A stretch of DNA of 62,793 nucleotides, filler included, from Planctomycetota bacterium (GTDB lineage Bacteria > Planctomycetota > Planctomycetia > JALXBF01), in assembly GCA_026991575.1 (NCBI GenBank). It is 5 parts of 5 records of this genome, joined end to end, with 100 filler letters (N's around TTAATTAATTAA, not from the genome) between each part and the next. Parts side by side here need not be neighbours in the genome. Positions count along the whole stretch, not along the records: positions 24,339 to 48,369 come from JALXBF010000045.1; positions 48,470 to 54,732 come from JALXBF010000072.1; 3 more parts are not named here. The stretch is one strand, 5' to 3'. Numbering within the stretch: the stretch's first letter is position 1; every line of letters begins with the position of its first letter. Below the pieces are notes generated by a model. That model was not told where the DNA came from and searched no databases. It saw only the letters and a program-made list of their open reading frames with translations. A program made the translations under genes and the position numbers. Shown here in pieces: positions 43,996-52,959 of this stretch.

Positions 43996-44265
43996 CTACT
44001 GGTTGCCCTGTTGGTCCATGGGATAACCCTGCGGGAACATGTTCCGCTGCATCTCTTCCATCTTCTTGGGGTCCATCTCGCCCTGCTGATACATCTGGTA
44101 CATGTCCTGCATTCCGGGAGGACCCGCTGCGCCCATGGTCTTCTCCATCACTTCGTCCTGGTCCGTTGGCCCCGGAGCCCGCTCAATCTCCGAACTGCAG
44201 CCGAGCATCAGCGCGCTCAGCGCGGCTAGGACCGAGAACCACCATGCCCGCGCAGTTGTCTTCAT
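43996..44265 (-). CDS. Small Met/Gln-rich lipoprotein
   Basis: ATG at 44265 follows GGAGG. Lipobox LMLGC; 89 aa with a Met/Gln-rich tail. Adjacent to DUF1559. Confidence 0.7.
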   Translation of the reverse strand: MKTTARAWWFSVLAALSALMLGCSSEIERAPGPTDQDEVMEKTMGAAGPPGMQDMYQMYQQGEMDPKKMEEMQRNMFPQGYPMDQQGNQ

Positions 44266-44323
44266 GGCTGGCCTCCACCTTGTCTTGCTGCGACCGCGCG
44301 CGTCGTCCGGCAGCCCGGCATAC

Positions 44324-44352
44324 AGTCTACCGCGATGGCGCGGCCGCTGCAA
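44324..44352 (-). promoter_or_regulatory. Putative sigma70 promoter of the lipoprotein gene
   Basis: Minus strand reads TTGCAG-N17-TAGACT. Confidence 0.4.
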
Positions 44353-44646
44353 CCGTGTCCCACCGCTGGGGCCAATCGTCTTCTGCGCTGGGATGAGGCT
44401 GCGCTTCGGGACGAGATCGCAATGGCGGTGCCGTTGGCGGTGTTCGCGACACCGCGCGCCACGCGCCGCGGCGGCGTCTCGACCCTGAACTTGCCGACCG
44501 AAGCGGGACGGCATGCTGCGCAGGCCGGCAATAGGGGCGATCGCACCGCCGCAGCTCCACCAGATTTGGTCCTTCCTTACTGCCGTCCGCTCTGCAGTGC
44601 TGCAACTCGAACTGTGCGTTTGGTCCTTCTCCCGGTTCCGCCTCCA

Positions 44647-46236
44647 TCAGTCCTCGCTAGCCCCGGCCCCACACAGTTCGAGCCGGGGATAAGGCCGGAA
44701 GCTGCAAAAGCGGAATTCGCTGATCTGCTTGCCGTTCTCCTCCCGCACGATCCGCCGCGTCGTGGCAGCCACAACAAGGATGTTCTTCCGCTGCAACCGC
44801 GGAATCAGCAAACTGCACAGCACAAACTCGCCCATCACCATCGCGCAGCGGGTATCGTCACGGAGCTGGCCTACCAGTTGATCCGCCAGCCGCTGGACTT
44901 CGCCCAGGGTTGCTGTTTCGGACACCCGCGGGAAAGGGACGTCGTAGAGGTCTGGTGCTAATTGGCGTGCAGCTGCGATCTGCTCTGGAGACCAGGTTCC
45001 TATGGGATGATTGCTCACGTTGGCAAAGCTGCCCTGCGGTGTCCAGGAGGCAAATTCGCTAACGAGTCGAGCCACCTGCTCCGCAATCGCTCGTGACGGC
45101 CGTGGGTCCGGTCGAAGCCCGGCGTGGACCAGATCGTTGCGCAGGTCCGTTGTCTCGTGATCGCCATACCAACGCTTGCTGGTGGCGAAACGCTGGAGTT
45201 CTTGGTAGAACTGCCGGTCGAACCGCTGCCCTGGCGGAGGCGAGTCCTCGGGCATGTGGGCTAGCACGAGTCCTTCCCGCACCGTGATCATTGCCTCAAG
45301 ATAACGTCCCAGATCCAGGTAGAAACGAGCAAGCGCGGCAACAGCGCGCTGCCCGTTCTGGCCGAAAAGGTGTCCACCGGTCAGCGCATCCAGCCGCGAC
45401 CGGAGCCAGGGTAGCACGTAGCGGAGTGCGGTCAGTTGATCCACCTCGATTTGGCCAAGGTTGTCGAGTTCGCGAACCAGCCGTTGGGCCGAACTCGGCA
45501 CCGAACCGTCGCCCGCCAGCATGGCCCCGAGTCGCAAGGTCCGCAAGTCCTCAGCAAACGCATCCAGCGCCTGAGCAAATTCACGCAGCCGGGGCTCTTT
45601 TCCCTGCCGGCCACTCAACGCCCAAGCCTTGCGAATCTGGCGGCCGAACCGCTCGGCCCGCTTGCCCAGATCGCCGACATAGCCGGTGCGCATGAACGTC
45701 GCAATATCCATTGCCCAGTCAAAGGCATCCAGGACGGTGGTGAGTTCCCACACGGGGGTCCGGTTCGTTCCTTCGTCTCGATTCTCAAACGCACCATAGA
45801 ACACTCGAATGCTTTCCGGGGCGGTGTGGAGCTGACGGACGAGCGGCAGGGCGGACGCGGCCAGAAAGCCGTGAGTGCGGAAGCTGTGCGTGATGTCCAG
45901 GTACAGCTCACGTGGCACCGATTCCCCCCCGAGAAGCACGTCCATCAGGATGCGGTACTGCTGCCATTGCTCACGTTCATCCTGCCCCAGTGGGTATTCC
46001 ACCAGCCGCACCGACCGGCAGCCCATCTGCTCGAGCGTTCCACGTAGCGCCTCGCCATGCTGCTTCCGGGATGCCTCCGTGGCCAGCACGACCACTTCAT
46101 CAGGACGCAAAAACTGGGTAAGCGCGGCCGCGACGAACCTCGTCTCGCACTCCTGGCGCTCCTCGGCGTCGCACAGCACGTAACGCGTCTCTTTGTAGTC
46201 TCCCTTGCCCAGGAACGTCACCAGTCGTTTCATCAC
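44647..46236 (-). CDS. csx1: CRISPR-associated CARF-HEPN ribonuclease (Csx1/TM1812-TIGR02221 type) fused to a C-terminal Csx20-like domain
   Basis: N-terminal LVTFLGKGDYKETRY and LYLDITHSFR (DxTHG/S CARF motif), then YGAFE and the HEPN R-X4-H motif RNDLVH. The C-terminal ~125 aa (FANVSNHP...WSPEQ...DVPFP...VMGE...AATTRR...FRFCSFRPY) resemble the small Csx20-type proteins. Confidence 0.8.
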   Translation of the reverse strand: MMKRLVTFLGKGDYKETRYVLCDAEERQECETRFVAAALTQFLRPDEVVVLATEASRKQHGEALRGTLEQMGCRSVRLVEYPLGQDEREQWQQYRILMDVLLGGESVPRELYLDITHSFRTHGFLAASALPLVRQLHTAPESIRVFYGAFENRDEGTNRTPVWELTTVLDAFDWAMDIATFMRTGYVGDLGKRAERFGRQIRKAWALSGRQGKEPRLREFAQALDAFAEDLRTLRLGAMLAGDGSVPSSAQRLVRELDNLGQIEVDQLTALRYVLPWLRSRLDALTGGHLFGQNGQRAVAALARFYLDLGRYLEAMITVREGLVLAHMPEDSPPPGQRFDRQFYQELQRFATSKRWYGDHETTDLRNDLVHAGLRPDPRPSRAIAEQVARLVSEFASWTPQGSFANVSNHPIGTWSPEQIAAARQLAPDLYDVPFPRVSETATLGEVQRLADQLVGQLRDDTRCAMVMGEFVLCSLLIPRLQRKNILVVAATTRRIVREENGKQISEFRFCSFRPYPRLELCGAGASED

Positions 46237-46413
46237 AGCAAACCTCCAGTTGTGTGCCGTTCTGTAACCGTTACGCTCCTTCGTCCGAGAGTCTGACAGT
46301 CACACGCTGTGGCCGCGTGGGAAGCCGAGTGACAGCGCCGCGGACCGTCTGTCTCTGTGCTTGTTCCCAGGCCTGTTGGCTTTCGAAAACTGGCCCGATG
46401 TGCGTCAACGGTG

Positions 46414-48369
46414 CTAGTCGGCGCCACGGTTGGTTCGCGGATCCGGAACGCTCTGCTCCAGCCCGATGTCCGCCAACACCGCGCCATGGACTCGCAAGAG
46501 GAAACCGCCCGGCATAAGGATTTCCATGGCGTTCCCGTCGCGCACCGCCACGCTCAATGGCCGGCAGGGCAACGTAACGGGCGCGGTTGCCGGTGCCTCG
46601 GCCGGCGCCACACGCCACCATCCGTCGCCACCTCGCCACGTGACGACCGCTGGGCCGCCAGCAGGCCCCAACAGCCGCAGCAGCCCGACTTGGTCCCCCG
46701 GCACCGGATAGACGCTGGCTGTGCCGGCCCGACCGATGGTCTTCAAAATGTTGAGGCCGTCCACTGCCCTCACAAACCGACCGTCCCAGCAAAGCCGAAC
46801 CGGACCGGGCCCGCGGCCGACCGCCGCGTGCCGCAGCGCTTCCGCGGTGGCAGTCAGCCAGACGAGTTCTCCGTTGACCAGTGCGCAGAGCGCCTCCATG
46901 GCACCTGCCCGCGCGACTGCAGCTACGGCTGCACTCAGATCAATCGCATCCACTGTGACCAATCTGGGCCCCGACTGCCCCGCTACGGCTCGCAGCAACC
47001 AGACGCGGTGGGCACCGATCGCAGTCAGCAGCAGCAGGTCACCGGCCAGGCAAACAAGCTGCGGTTCAGTCTCCGCGGCCAGCCGAAGCGACTCTGCCCA
47101 AAGCACCTTGCTTGGCCGTTGAATCGGCACCAGCGCGACACGGCCATCGCTTGCGACGAAGCAAACGCACGTGAGGCGGGACTTTTCTTGCGTGGGCTCG
47201 AACCAGCGTGCCGGGCAATCCAGCAGTTGCTTTGCCCAAGAGGTTGCTCTGCTGTCAGGGGGAAGGGGGGTTGCCTTGCTGATCCGCAGGTCGTCAGCAC
47301 CGTCAACAAGGATGATCTCATTGTCGTGCGCGACGGCAACGGCCGGCCGGTGCGGGTGGCTGAGCAGCACAGCCCGTTGTGTCGGCTCGGCGCGGTAAAG
47401 CAGCTGTATCCGGCCGTCGGCCGACCAGTGCCACACCGTGCCACGCTCATCGCCGGCAAGCAGCCACCCGTCATGGGCAGGAACTGCTGCTGAGACCGGT
47501 AGTCCCACGCGAGAGCGACACAGGAGCCTACCGTCGGCCAGTGCCAGAAGTTCCAGGAGCATCTCGTTGCCGCGCGCCGTCGTGCGAACCACTAGCAGGG
47601 CGTTCGGCCCGACGGCATGCAGCGAAGCGACGAGCGCACCGTGCGCCGGTGGCAAACGCACGCTCCAGCGCTTCTCGATGCGCGCTTCCAGCGGCCGGGG
47701 AACGAGCAACGCGACCCGGTCATGACAGGCAACTGCCAGCGTGTCTGCGCGGGCGCGGCAAATCCGTGGAAAGTGCGAGGAGTCCGGTTCCGTTGCGTCA
47801 CAGATTGCGGCAGTGCCCACAGCCCGTAGCTCTGCCGACTCGTCCGACCAGCGGTAACCGTGGACCGTCCCGGACGCGCTCGCAGCGTACACACTACCCG
47901 CCGCCAGGACGCAACCATCCACCAATGCCTCACGCGGCAGCCGCACCCTGCCAGCCAGAGCAGCTTCGCCGCCATCGAGCACTCGATAAACCTCAAGTAC
48001 GCTGCCGCTGGCCAACAGCCTCCGGCACACGACCACTACCGAGCCGACGACCGCTACGCCCGCCCCGACTGTTGGCTCGGCCCCTGGCGGCAGAAAGGCG
48101 CGTTGAGGCGGTTGCGGGCCGTCACGGCTCACGGCCGTCACGTACAGCAGACCCGAGGCACCAACCGTCGCAACAAGCGCCCCACGCCTGTCCCAGCCGG
48201 CACTCAGCAGCGGCTCGGGATAGGCGATGGTCACCGTTGCACTCTGATCGACAAGAACCACCTTTCTTCCCGTAACCTGCACGCATGCACCGGCCGCGGT
48301 CGCTTCACCGCCATCGGCGACTGGCAGTGGAGCAAGCCCCTGAAGTCGCCAGTGAGCCACGTCCCAGCG
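46414..48369 (-). CDS. Beta-propeller/WD40-like hypothetical protein, 5'-truncated by gap
   Basis: Long ORF with repeated short beta strands and WD-like segments (LLAGDERGTVWHW, VYAASASGTVHGY). Confidence 0.5.
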   Translation of the reverse strand, partial: RWDVAHWRLQGLAPLPVADGGEATAAGACVQVTGRKVVLVDQSATVTIAYPEPLLSAGWDRRGALVATVGASGLLYVTAVSRDGPQPPQRAFLPPGAEPTVGAGVAVVGSVVVVCRRLLASGSVLEVYRVLDGGEAALAGRVRLPREALVDGCVLAAGSVYAASASGTVHGYRWSDESAELRAVGTAAICDATEPDSSHFPRICRARADTLAVACHDRVALLVPRPLEARIEKRWSVRLPPAHGALVASLHAVGPNALLVVRTTARGNEMLLELLALADGRLLCRSRVGLPVSAAVPAHDGWLLAGDERGTVWHWSADGRIQLLYRAEPTQRAVLLSHPHRPAVAVAHDNEIILVDGADDLRISKATPLPPDSRATSWAKQLLDCPARWFEPTQEKSRLTCVCFVASDGRVALVPIQRPSKVLWAESLRLAAETEPQLVCLAGDLLLLTAIGAHRVWLLRAVAGQSGPRLVTVDAIDLSAAVAAVARAGAMEALCALVNGELVWLTATAEALRHAAVGRGPGPVRLCWDGRFVRAVDGLNILKTIGRAGTASVYPVPGDQVGLLRLLGPAGGPAVVTWRGGDGWWRVAPAEAPATAPVTLPCRPLSVAVRDGNAMEILMPGGFLLRVHGAVLADIGLEQSVPDPRTNRGAD

Positions 48370-48469
48370 NNNNNNNNNNNNNNNNNNNNNNNNNNNNNNN
48401 NNNNNNNNNNNNNTTAATTAATTAANNNNNNNNNNNNNNNNNNNNNNNNNNNNNNNNNNNNNNNNNNNN
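48370..48469. other. Artificial contig-join spacer
   Basis: N44-TTAATTAATTAA-N44. Confidence 0.98.
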
Positions 48470-48759
48470 GCAGGAGAGAAAGAATGCCTCTTCGAACCGC
48501 GGCGCTAGCCCCCTAACCGAGCCGGAGTAGGGCATGAAGGCCCCTGCGCGCGTTGACGGCAAGCGGCGGGCGGATGAGTCTGCGGGAGGAGGCAAGAGCA
48601 CAGGGGAGGGGGGGCGTGGCCCGATCGGGAGGCTCTTGCTGAACAACCTGGAGCTTGCGTTGTTGCAGCATGCCCGGATGTGAGGTCAGGCGTGCCCGCC
48701 ATGCGGTATTCGGTCGTGAAGCACGCGCGGTGGTGGATCAGGGAGTTGCTCCAGCAGTG

Positions 48760-49190
48760 GGCACGGCTGAAGTGTCCGAAGACCGCGGCGACCTGCCGGC
48801 TCCTAACGCGGCACGAGCCGTCGTTGTGGGTGCTCCCGTACCACGAGGGCGTTGAGCCGGCCGACCATGAGGCCGAGCAGGCACTGCGGTCACCCGTGAT
48901 CTCGCGGAAGATCAACCTCGGCAATGGCACCGAATCTGGTGCTCGCTGCACGGAACGGTTGCCGGACATTACCGAGGCGTGTCCACGAATCGGGCGCTGC
49001 ACTCGGACCCTCGTCACAGGATCACTCGTCGCCTATCGACAAGGACGACTCCCTCTCCCCTTCTTCCCGGCCCTACCACGTGACGCCTCTGACCAGCCTG
49101 ATCCCCCAATACCCATGGACCGGTACCCACGCCGCCCAACGGCACCTCGATCGTTGCTCCGCCCGCCCGTCTGCCCCCGTGAACAGCTAC
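48760..49190 (+). mobile_element. IS66-family (ISBst12-like) transposase remnant with putative right end
   Basis: KTAATCRLLTRHEPSLWVL...GVEPADHEAEQALRSPVISRK...G..TESGAR is a decayed version of the IS66 TnpC C-terminal V.PTNN.AERALR..V..RK motif. It ends in ...GTGAACAGCTAC (reverse complement GTAGCTGTTCAC), resembling an IS66-type IR. Confidence 0.7.
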
Positions 49191-49277
49191 CAGCCCTCGG
49201 CCCACCGTGACGGCCCCTCGCTATGGGCGTCACCCATGCCTGGGTTCCCTTTCTATTTCGCTAGCTGGCTGAGCATC

Positions 49278-50144
49278 CTATCTTGCGCCATCGCCGAGTC
49301 TTGGCTCCTCCGGCTTTAGCAGGTATGGAAAGAAACCGTAGCTACTCACTACAACGGCGGCAGCTGCCAGCACAGAAATGGCTAACACTGCGGGCCCATA
49401 AGCACCGTACGCCGACTGCAGTGCAGCATAGGCTTCAGGAGCTGAGGTGCGACCATGCCACCACACGCGTAGGAACAAAAAGGACTCAAATAAAAGGCTC
49501 CAGGATGCGATGCCAGGAGCCTGGGCTAACAGCATTGGTAGCAGCAGGCGACCTCGTCCCCTCTCCTCGTACGTGGCCCGGGCCGCAACGGCAATGGGGA
49601 GCAACACCACGCCGGCACGAAATAGCAGCGAGGCGTAAAGAAGGGGTAGCCGCCACGACAGGTGATCAACGCTGCGGGCCGCGTCCATGAGGAGCTTCGC
49701 TATCGTCGCGCGCACCGGCGGGTCTGCGAAGTCGTCGGCCGCGCCCCACAGCATAACCAGGATACCTAGGGTGGCGGGCCAAAGGCAGGCGAGCACGTAC
49801 TCCTCGAGATAAGCCCCACGCTTCCTTGATGTCCTCCTTCTGCCCCAGGCGACGCAAGCCAATATCGGTAAGATAAGCGCACGCGACCGGGCGTCGGAGT
49901 AACCGTTCGTTTGGAGCAGCGGCAACAGCGGCCACGGATGCAAGACAAACAGAAGCCCCCACCCAAGGTAGCCGGCCACGCACACACACATTCCGCGTGC
50001 CAGCCCGATCGAGATGTCCAGGAGTAGCTCGTCAGAGGAAGTGCCGGGCTGCGGCTTTGCGGCCGGCGACTGAGGACAGTCACCTGACGGCGCACCGTCT
50101 GGCGACCGTTGGCAGGTGGTCCTGATCCGCTCGCTGTCCACCAT
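49278..50144 (-). CDS. Hypothetical multi-pass membrane protein
   Basis: ATG at 50144 follows GGAGG; about six hydrophobic segments. Confidence 0.55.
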   Translation of the reverse strand: MVDSERIRTTCQRSPDGAPSGDCPQSPAAKPQPGTSSDELLLDISIGLARGMCVCVAGYLGWGLLFVLHPWPLLPLLQTNGYSDARSRALILPILACVAWGRRRTSRKRGAYLEEYVLACLWPATLGILVMLWGAADDFADPPVRATIAKLLMDAARSVDHLSWRLPLLYASLLFRAGVVLLPIAVAARATYEERGRGRLLLPMLLAQAPGIASWSLLFESFLFLRVWWHGRTSAPEAYAALQSAYGAYGPAVLAISVLAAAAVVVSSYGFFPYLLKPEEPRLGDGAR

Positions 50145-50433
50145 GTTCTGCCTCCAGTCTCGGCTGGTCACCTCGGTGTGCGGTATGAATGCCAGGGGGT
50201 TAAGCTGCAACGATGCCTGACGCCTCGCGTGTGCCGCTCGAGCGAAAGTCGTCGTTGCTCGAGCTCACGGGAACACGCATCGTTTCTCCCGCGTGTGGAG
50301 TAAGCACCAGCCGGGTGAGGCCCGAAGAGTGCCGCCATGACGTGTGCCGACAAGAAAAGTCGTGACACGTCCAGCCGATAGCGCCCCTTGCGTTCGTAGC
50401 TGGGCCAGGTCGCCAACGTGCGAGGCGCTACCT

Positions 50434-52950
50434 CTACGGTCCTCTCTGTTCGTCTGAACAGCCGGTGCGGGACGGTCGCTTGCTCCGACAGCAGCGAAAG
50501 CTTTCCTTCACACGGTCCCAGCTGAGGTACCGCTTGGAGAGGTCCCTGGGCACCAGCTGTCGGTGGATCTCGTCCCAATGGCGGACGTAGTCCACCGCCT
50601 CCGGGCTGGAGAAGTACCAGCCTCCTGGGGCCGTTACCACCCAATTGAGCCCCGGAAGAACCCAGAACGACCCAACATATCGCCCGCACTTCAAACAGTA
50701 AACCATGGCTTCGCCCCGTGGATAACCAAAGCCGACGAGGTAATGGCCACCAGCAGCAAGGGACCACGTGCCGGCGGACCACGGCAGGTTCAGCCTGCGC
50801 GTGAGGCGTCCTGTGGCTAGGTCGAAGCCGAAGATGACTCTGGACTTGCTGTTGACCCCTATGTGTTCTGCGTATAGGATCAGCTCATCGGGGGCGATGG
50901 CAAAGGGCTGAAGGGCCCCTTCCGGGACTAGCGCAGGGATGTCCAGGACTCGCCACGGGCGCTCATGAGGAATTCGGTACACGACGAAGCGCCGTGAGAA
51001 CCTGGATTCCGGACCGGCGAGCAAAGGCCCGACGCTGGTGTCACGAGCGATCGCCCACCAGCCGTAGACTGGGCCCAGCCTGGCCACGAGTTCGAGCGTG
51101 GGAAGACGGTGAACAGAAAAAAGCGAGGTCCCAATAGGGAGCTGGCTACTCCGGAAAACCTCGAGTTTCGCTTCGGGTAGGCAGGCGACCCGCTCTCGCA
51201 GCCAGCCATTTTCCGGTCCAGCGGTACCACGCACCGGCATGCGTGCCAGGAATTCACCGTCAGGCAGCTTGTACACTGCATGATCGGCACGGAAATTGGG
51301 AAGACTCGTGTTAAGCTCCAGAAGGAAGCAGTGATCCAGGTTAGGAGAGACATGGGTCACGGGCCCTGGAAAGCGCGGAGTGAATGAAAACGTTTTCGCG
51401 TTCCCCGAGCGTAGGATATCGTGACAGAGCAGCTTGACCGGACGCGGTCGCAGCGAGCCTCTAAGTGCTGAGCTACCTTTGGAGGCGCGCGAAAGAGTGG
51501 CCCAACAGATCCACAACGGATAGCCATCCAAATCGAAGATCACATCTTTGAAAGAGCCTGGTGTGGCGAACCAGTCGCGGATGGGTAAGATGTCTACAAA
51601 CGGCCGTGGTAGAAGCTGCATAGAGATATCGAGGACCACAACGTGATAGTTGGTGTGGGTAGCGCTGCCGGCGGGGCGCGCCGTGCGCAGCAATTCCGAT
51701 GACATGGGAGGGGAGCACGGCGCTCTCTCTGGCTTTGGCAGTGTTCCTATTGGGCGTACTAGTCGGACTAGCAGGTGACTCCGTAGGTCGACGCGCCAGC
51801 CGCCTCCGGAATGGGATGTTCTTCCGACGCACCGCCGCGTACGGTGGTCGTAGACGAGGGTCGCCCAGGGGTCGCTGCACCACAGGTATCGACCATCGGG
51901 GCTCCATATGATCTTGGAGGCGGGGACGTCAAGAACCTCAGCAACGGGACGGGGCCAGTTTTCCAGGAGACGGCCGTCAATGGCAGAGCGGATACCGCTC
52001 GGGGTCGCAATGAGGGCTCCCGATAACCAAGGGGCAGCTACGGCAACCTGTTCCGTCCACGCGTGAACCGGCTCGGCAGAGTCGTCGGCCGTGGGGTCAA
52101 ACAGGAGGTATCTCCCCTCTCGTTCGCCTTGCTCGTAAACGACAAGAACCCGCTTCGGAACCTCTAGCCACGCGGCCTCGGTAATCTCGCCGACTTCATC
52201 TACCGTGCCCCGCCACACGGTGCTGCTTAGATCTCGCGTCAGGGCCAGTACGGAACCGTCGCTGAATCCGGCAGTAACCACCGTTCCCCGGTGACTTAGC
52301 GAAAGAGTTTGAACCTCGCCCAGTTGCGCAAATCGCTTGCGGCTGACGATTCTGCCACGTGCGACGTCAATGAGGACGATCTCGCCCGTGTCGGTACCAA
52401 CGGCAGCGATCGAAAGTGTGCCCGGAGGCGAGACGACAGCTGTGATCTGGCCCGCTAGCTCCGCGCGGAAGGTACGAACGAGCTTGAGCAGGGGCAAGCT
52501 GTAGCAGCGGAATACCCCATCGCATCCCAACACCCAGAGCTGCTCCCCGGACAGCCAACCAAGCGAAACCACTCTCGTCGCCACGGAGATTTTCGCCGTT
52601 GGAACCAGATGTGGCGCGCGGAGGATGCAAAGCTCCTCGTCTTCCGCTGCAGCGATCATACTTGAGTCAGGCGAAAAGGCCACAGCGTCAGGGTCCTCCG
52701 GAGGGGTGAGTACGACGGCAGAGACTCCGCCCGTGACAGGGAACTGTTCAGATGCTGAGATCGTGCCGGCGAACGTTCCGTAGAGGGAAAGCGCCGTACA
52801 GAACATCGTCGCAAGGACCCGGCAGAGCGAGGCCTGATGCGGAGGAGGCGTGCCACGTCCCGGGCAGGTAGCCCAGGCTGGAGTGCGTTGGGCGGGCGAA
52901 GGCCGGACCAACTTGCCGAGGACTGGCAACAACGAGGTTCGCTCGTACAT
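50434..52950 (-). CDS. WD40/beta-propeller protein directly downstream of Rhs (candidate immunity or accessory protein)
   Basis: AVAFSPDSSMIAA, IIWSPDGRYL and AVGTDTGEIVLID repeats. Starts 10 nt after the Rhs stop. Start codon uncertain (52950 or a downstream ATG). Confidence 0.65.
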   Translation of the reverse strand: MYERTSLLPVLGKLVRPSPAQRTPAWATCPGRGTPPPHQASLCRVLATMFCTALSLYGTFAGTISASEQFPVTGGVSAVVLTPPEDPDAVAFSPDSSMIAAAEDEELCILRAPHLVPTAKISVATRVVSLGWLSGEQLWVLGCDGVFRCYSLPLLKLVRTFRAELAGQITAVVSPPGTLSIAAVGTDTGEIVLIDVARGRIVSRKRFAQLGEVQTLSLSHRGTVVTAGFSDGSVLALTRDLSSTVWRGTVDEVGEITEAAWLEVPKRVLVVYEQGEREGRYLLFDPTADDSAEPVHAWTEQVAVAAPWLSGALIATPSGIRSAIDGRLLENWPRPVAEVLDVPASKIIWSPDGRYLWCSDPWATLVYDHRTRRCVGRTSHSGGGWRVDLRSHLLVRLVRPIGTLPKPERAPCSPPMSSELLRTARPAGSATHTNYHVVVLDISMQLLPRPFVDILPIRDWFATPGSFKDVIFDLDGYPLWICWATLSRASKGSSALRGSLRPRPVKLLCHDILRSGNAKTFSFTPRFPGPVTHVSPNLDHCFLLELNTSLPNFRADHAVYKLPDGEFLARMPVRGTAGPENGWLRERVACLPEAKLEVFRSSQLPIGTSLFSVHRLPTLELVARLGPVYGWWAIARDTSVGPLLAGPESRFSRRFVVYRIPHERPWRVLDIPALVPEGALQPFAIAPDELILYAEHIGVNSKSRVIFGFDLATGRLTRRLNLPWSAGTWSLAAGGHYLVGFGYPRGEAMVYCLKCGRYVGSFWVLPGLNWVVTAPGGWYFSSPEAVDYVRHWDEIHRQLVPRDLSKRYLSWDRVKESFRCCRSKRPSRTGCSDEQRGP

Positions 52951-52959
52951 CGCAAGGTT

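Noticed and set aside
44266..46413. Searched for a CRISPR array around the csx1-like gene; noticed TTTGGTCCTTC twice (~44565 and ~44619)
   Set aside because: Only two 11-nt copies with no regular repeat-spacer periodicity. I saw no array anywhere in the window.
48680..49210. 176-aa ORF as a functional gene
   Set aside because: It is a decayed IS66 transposase C-terminal fragment with the TNN.AER motif degenerate and no N-terminal domains.
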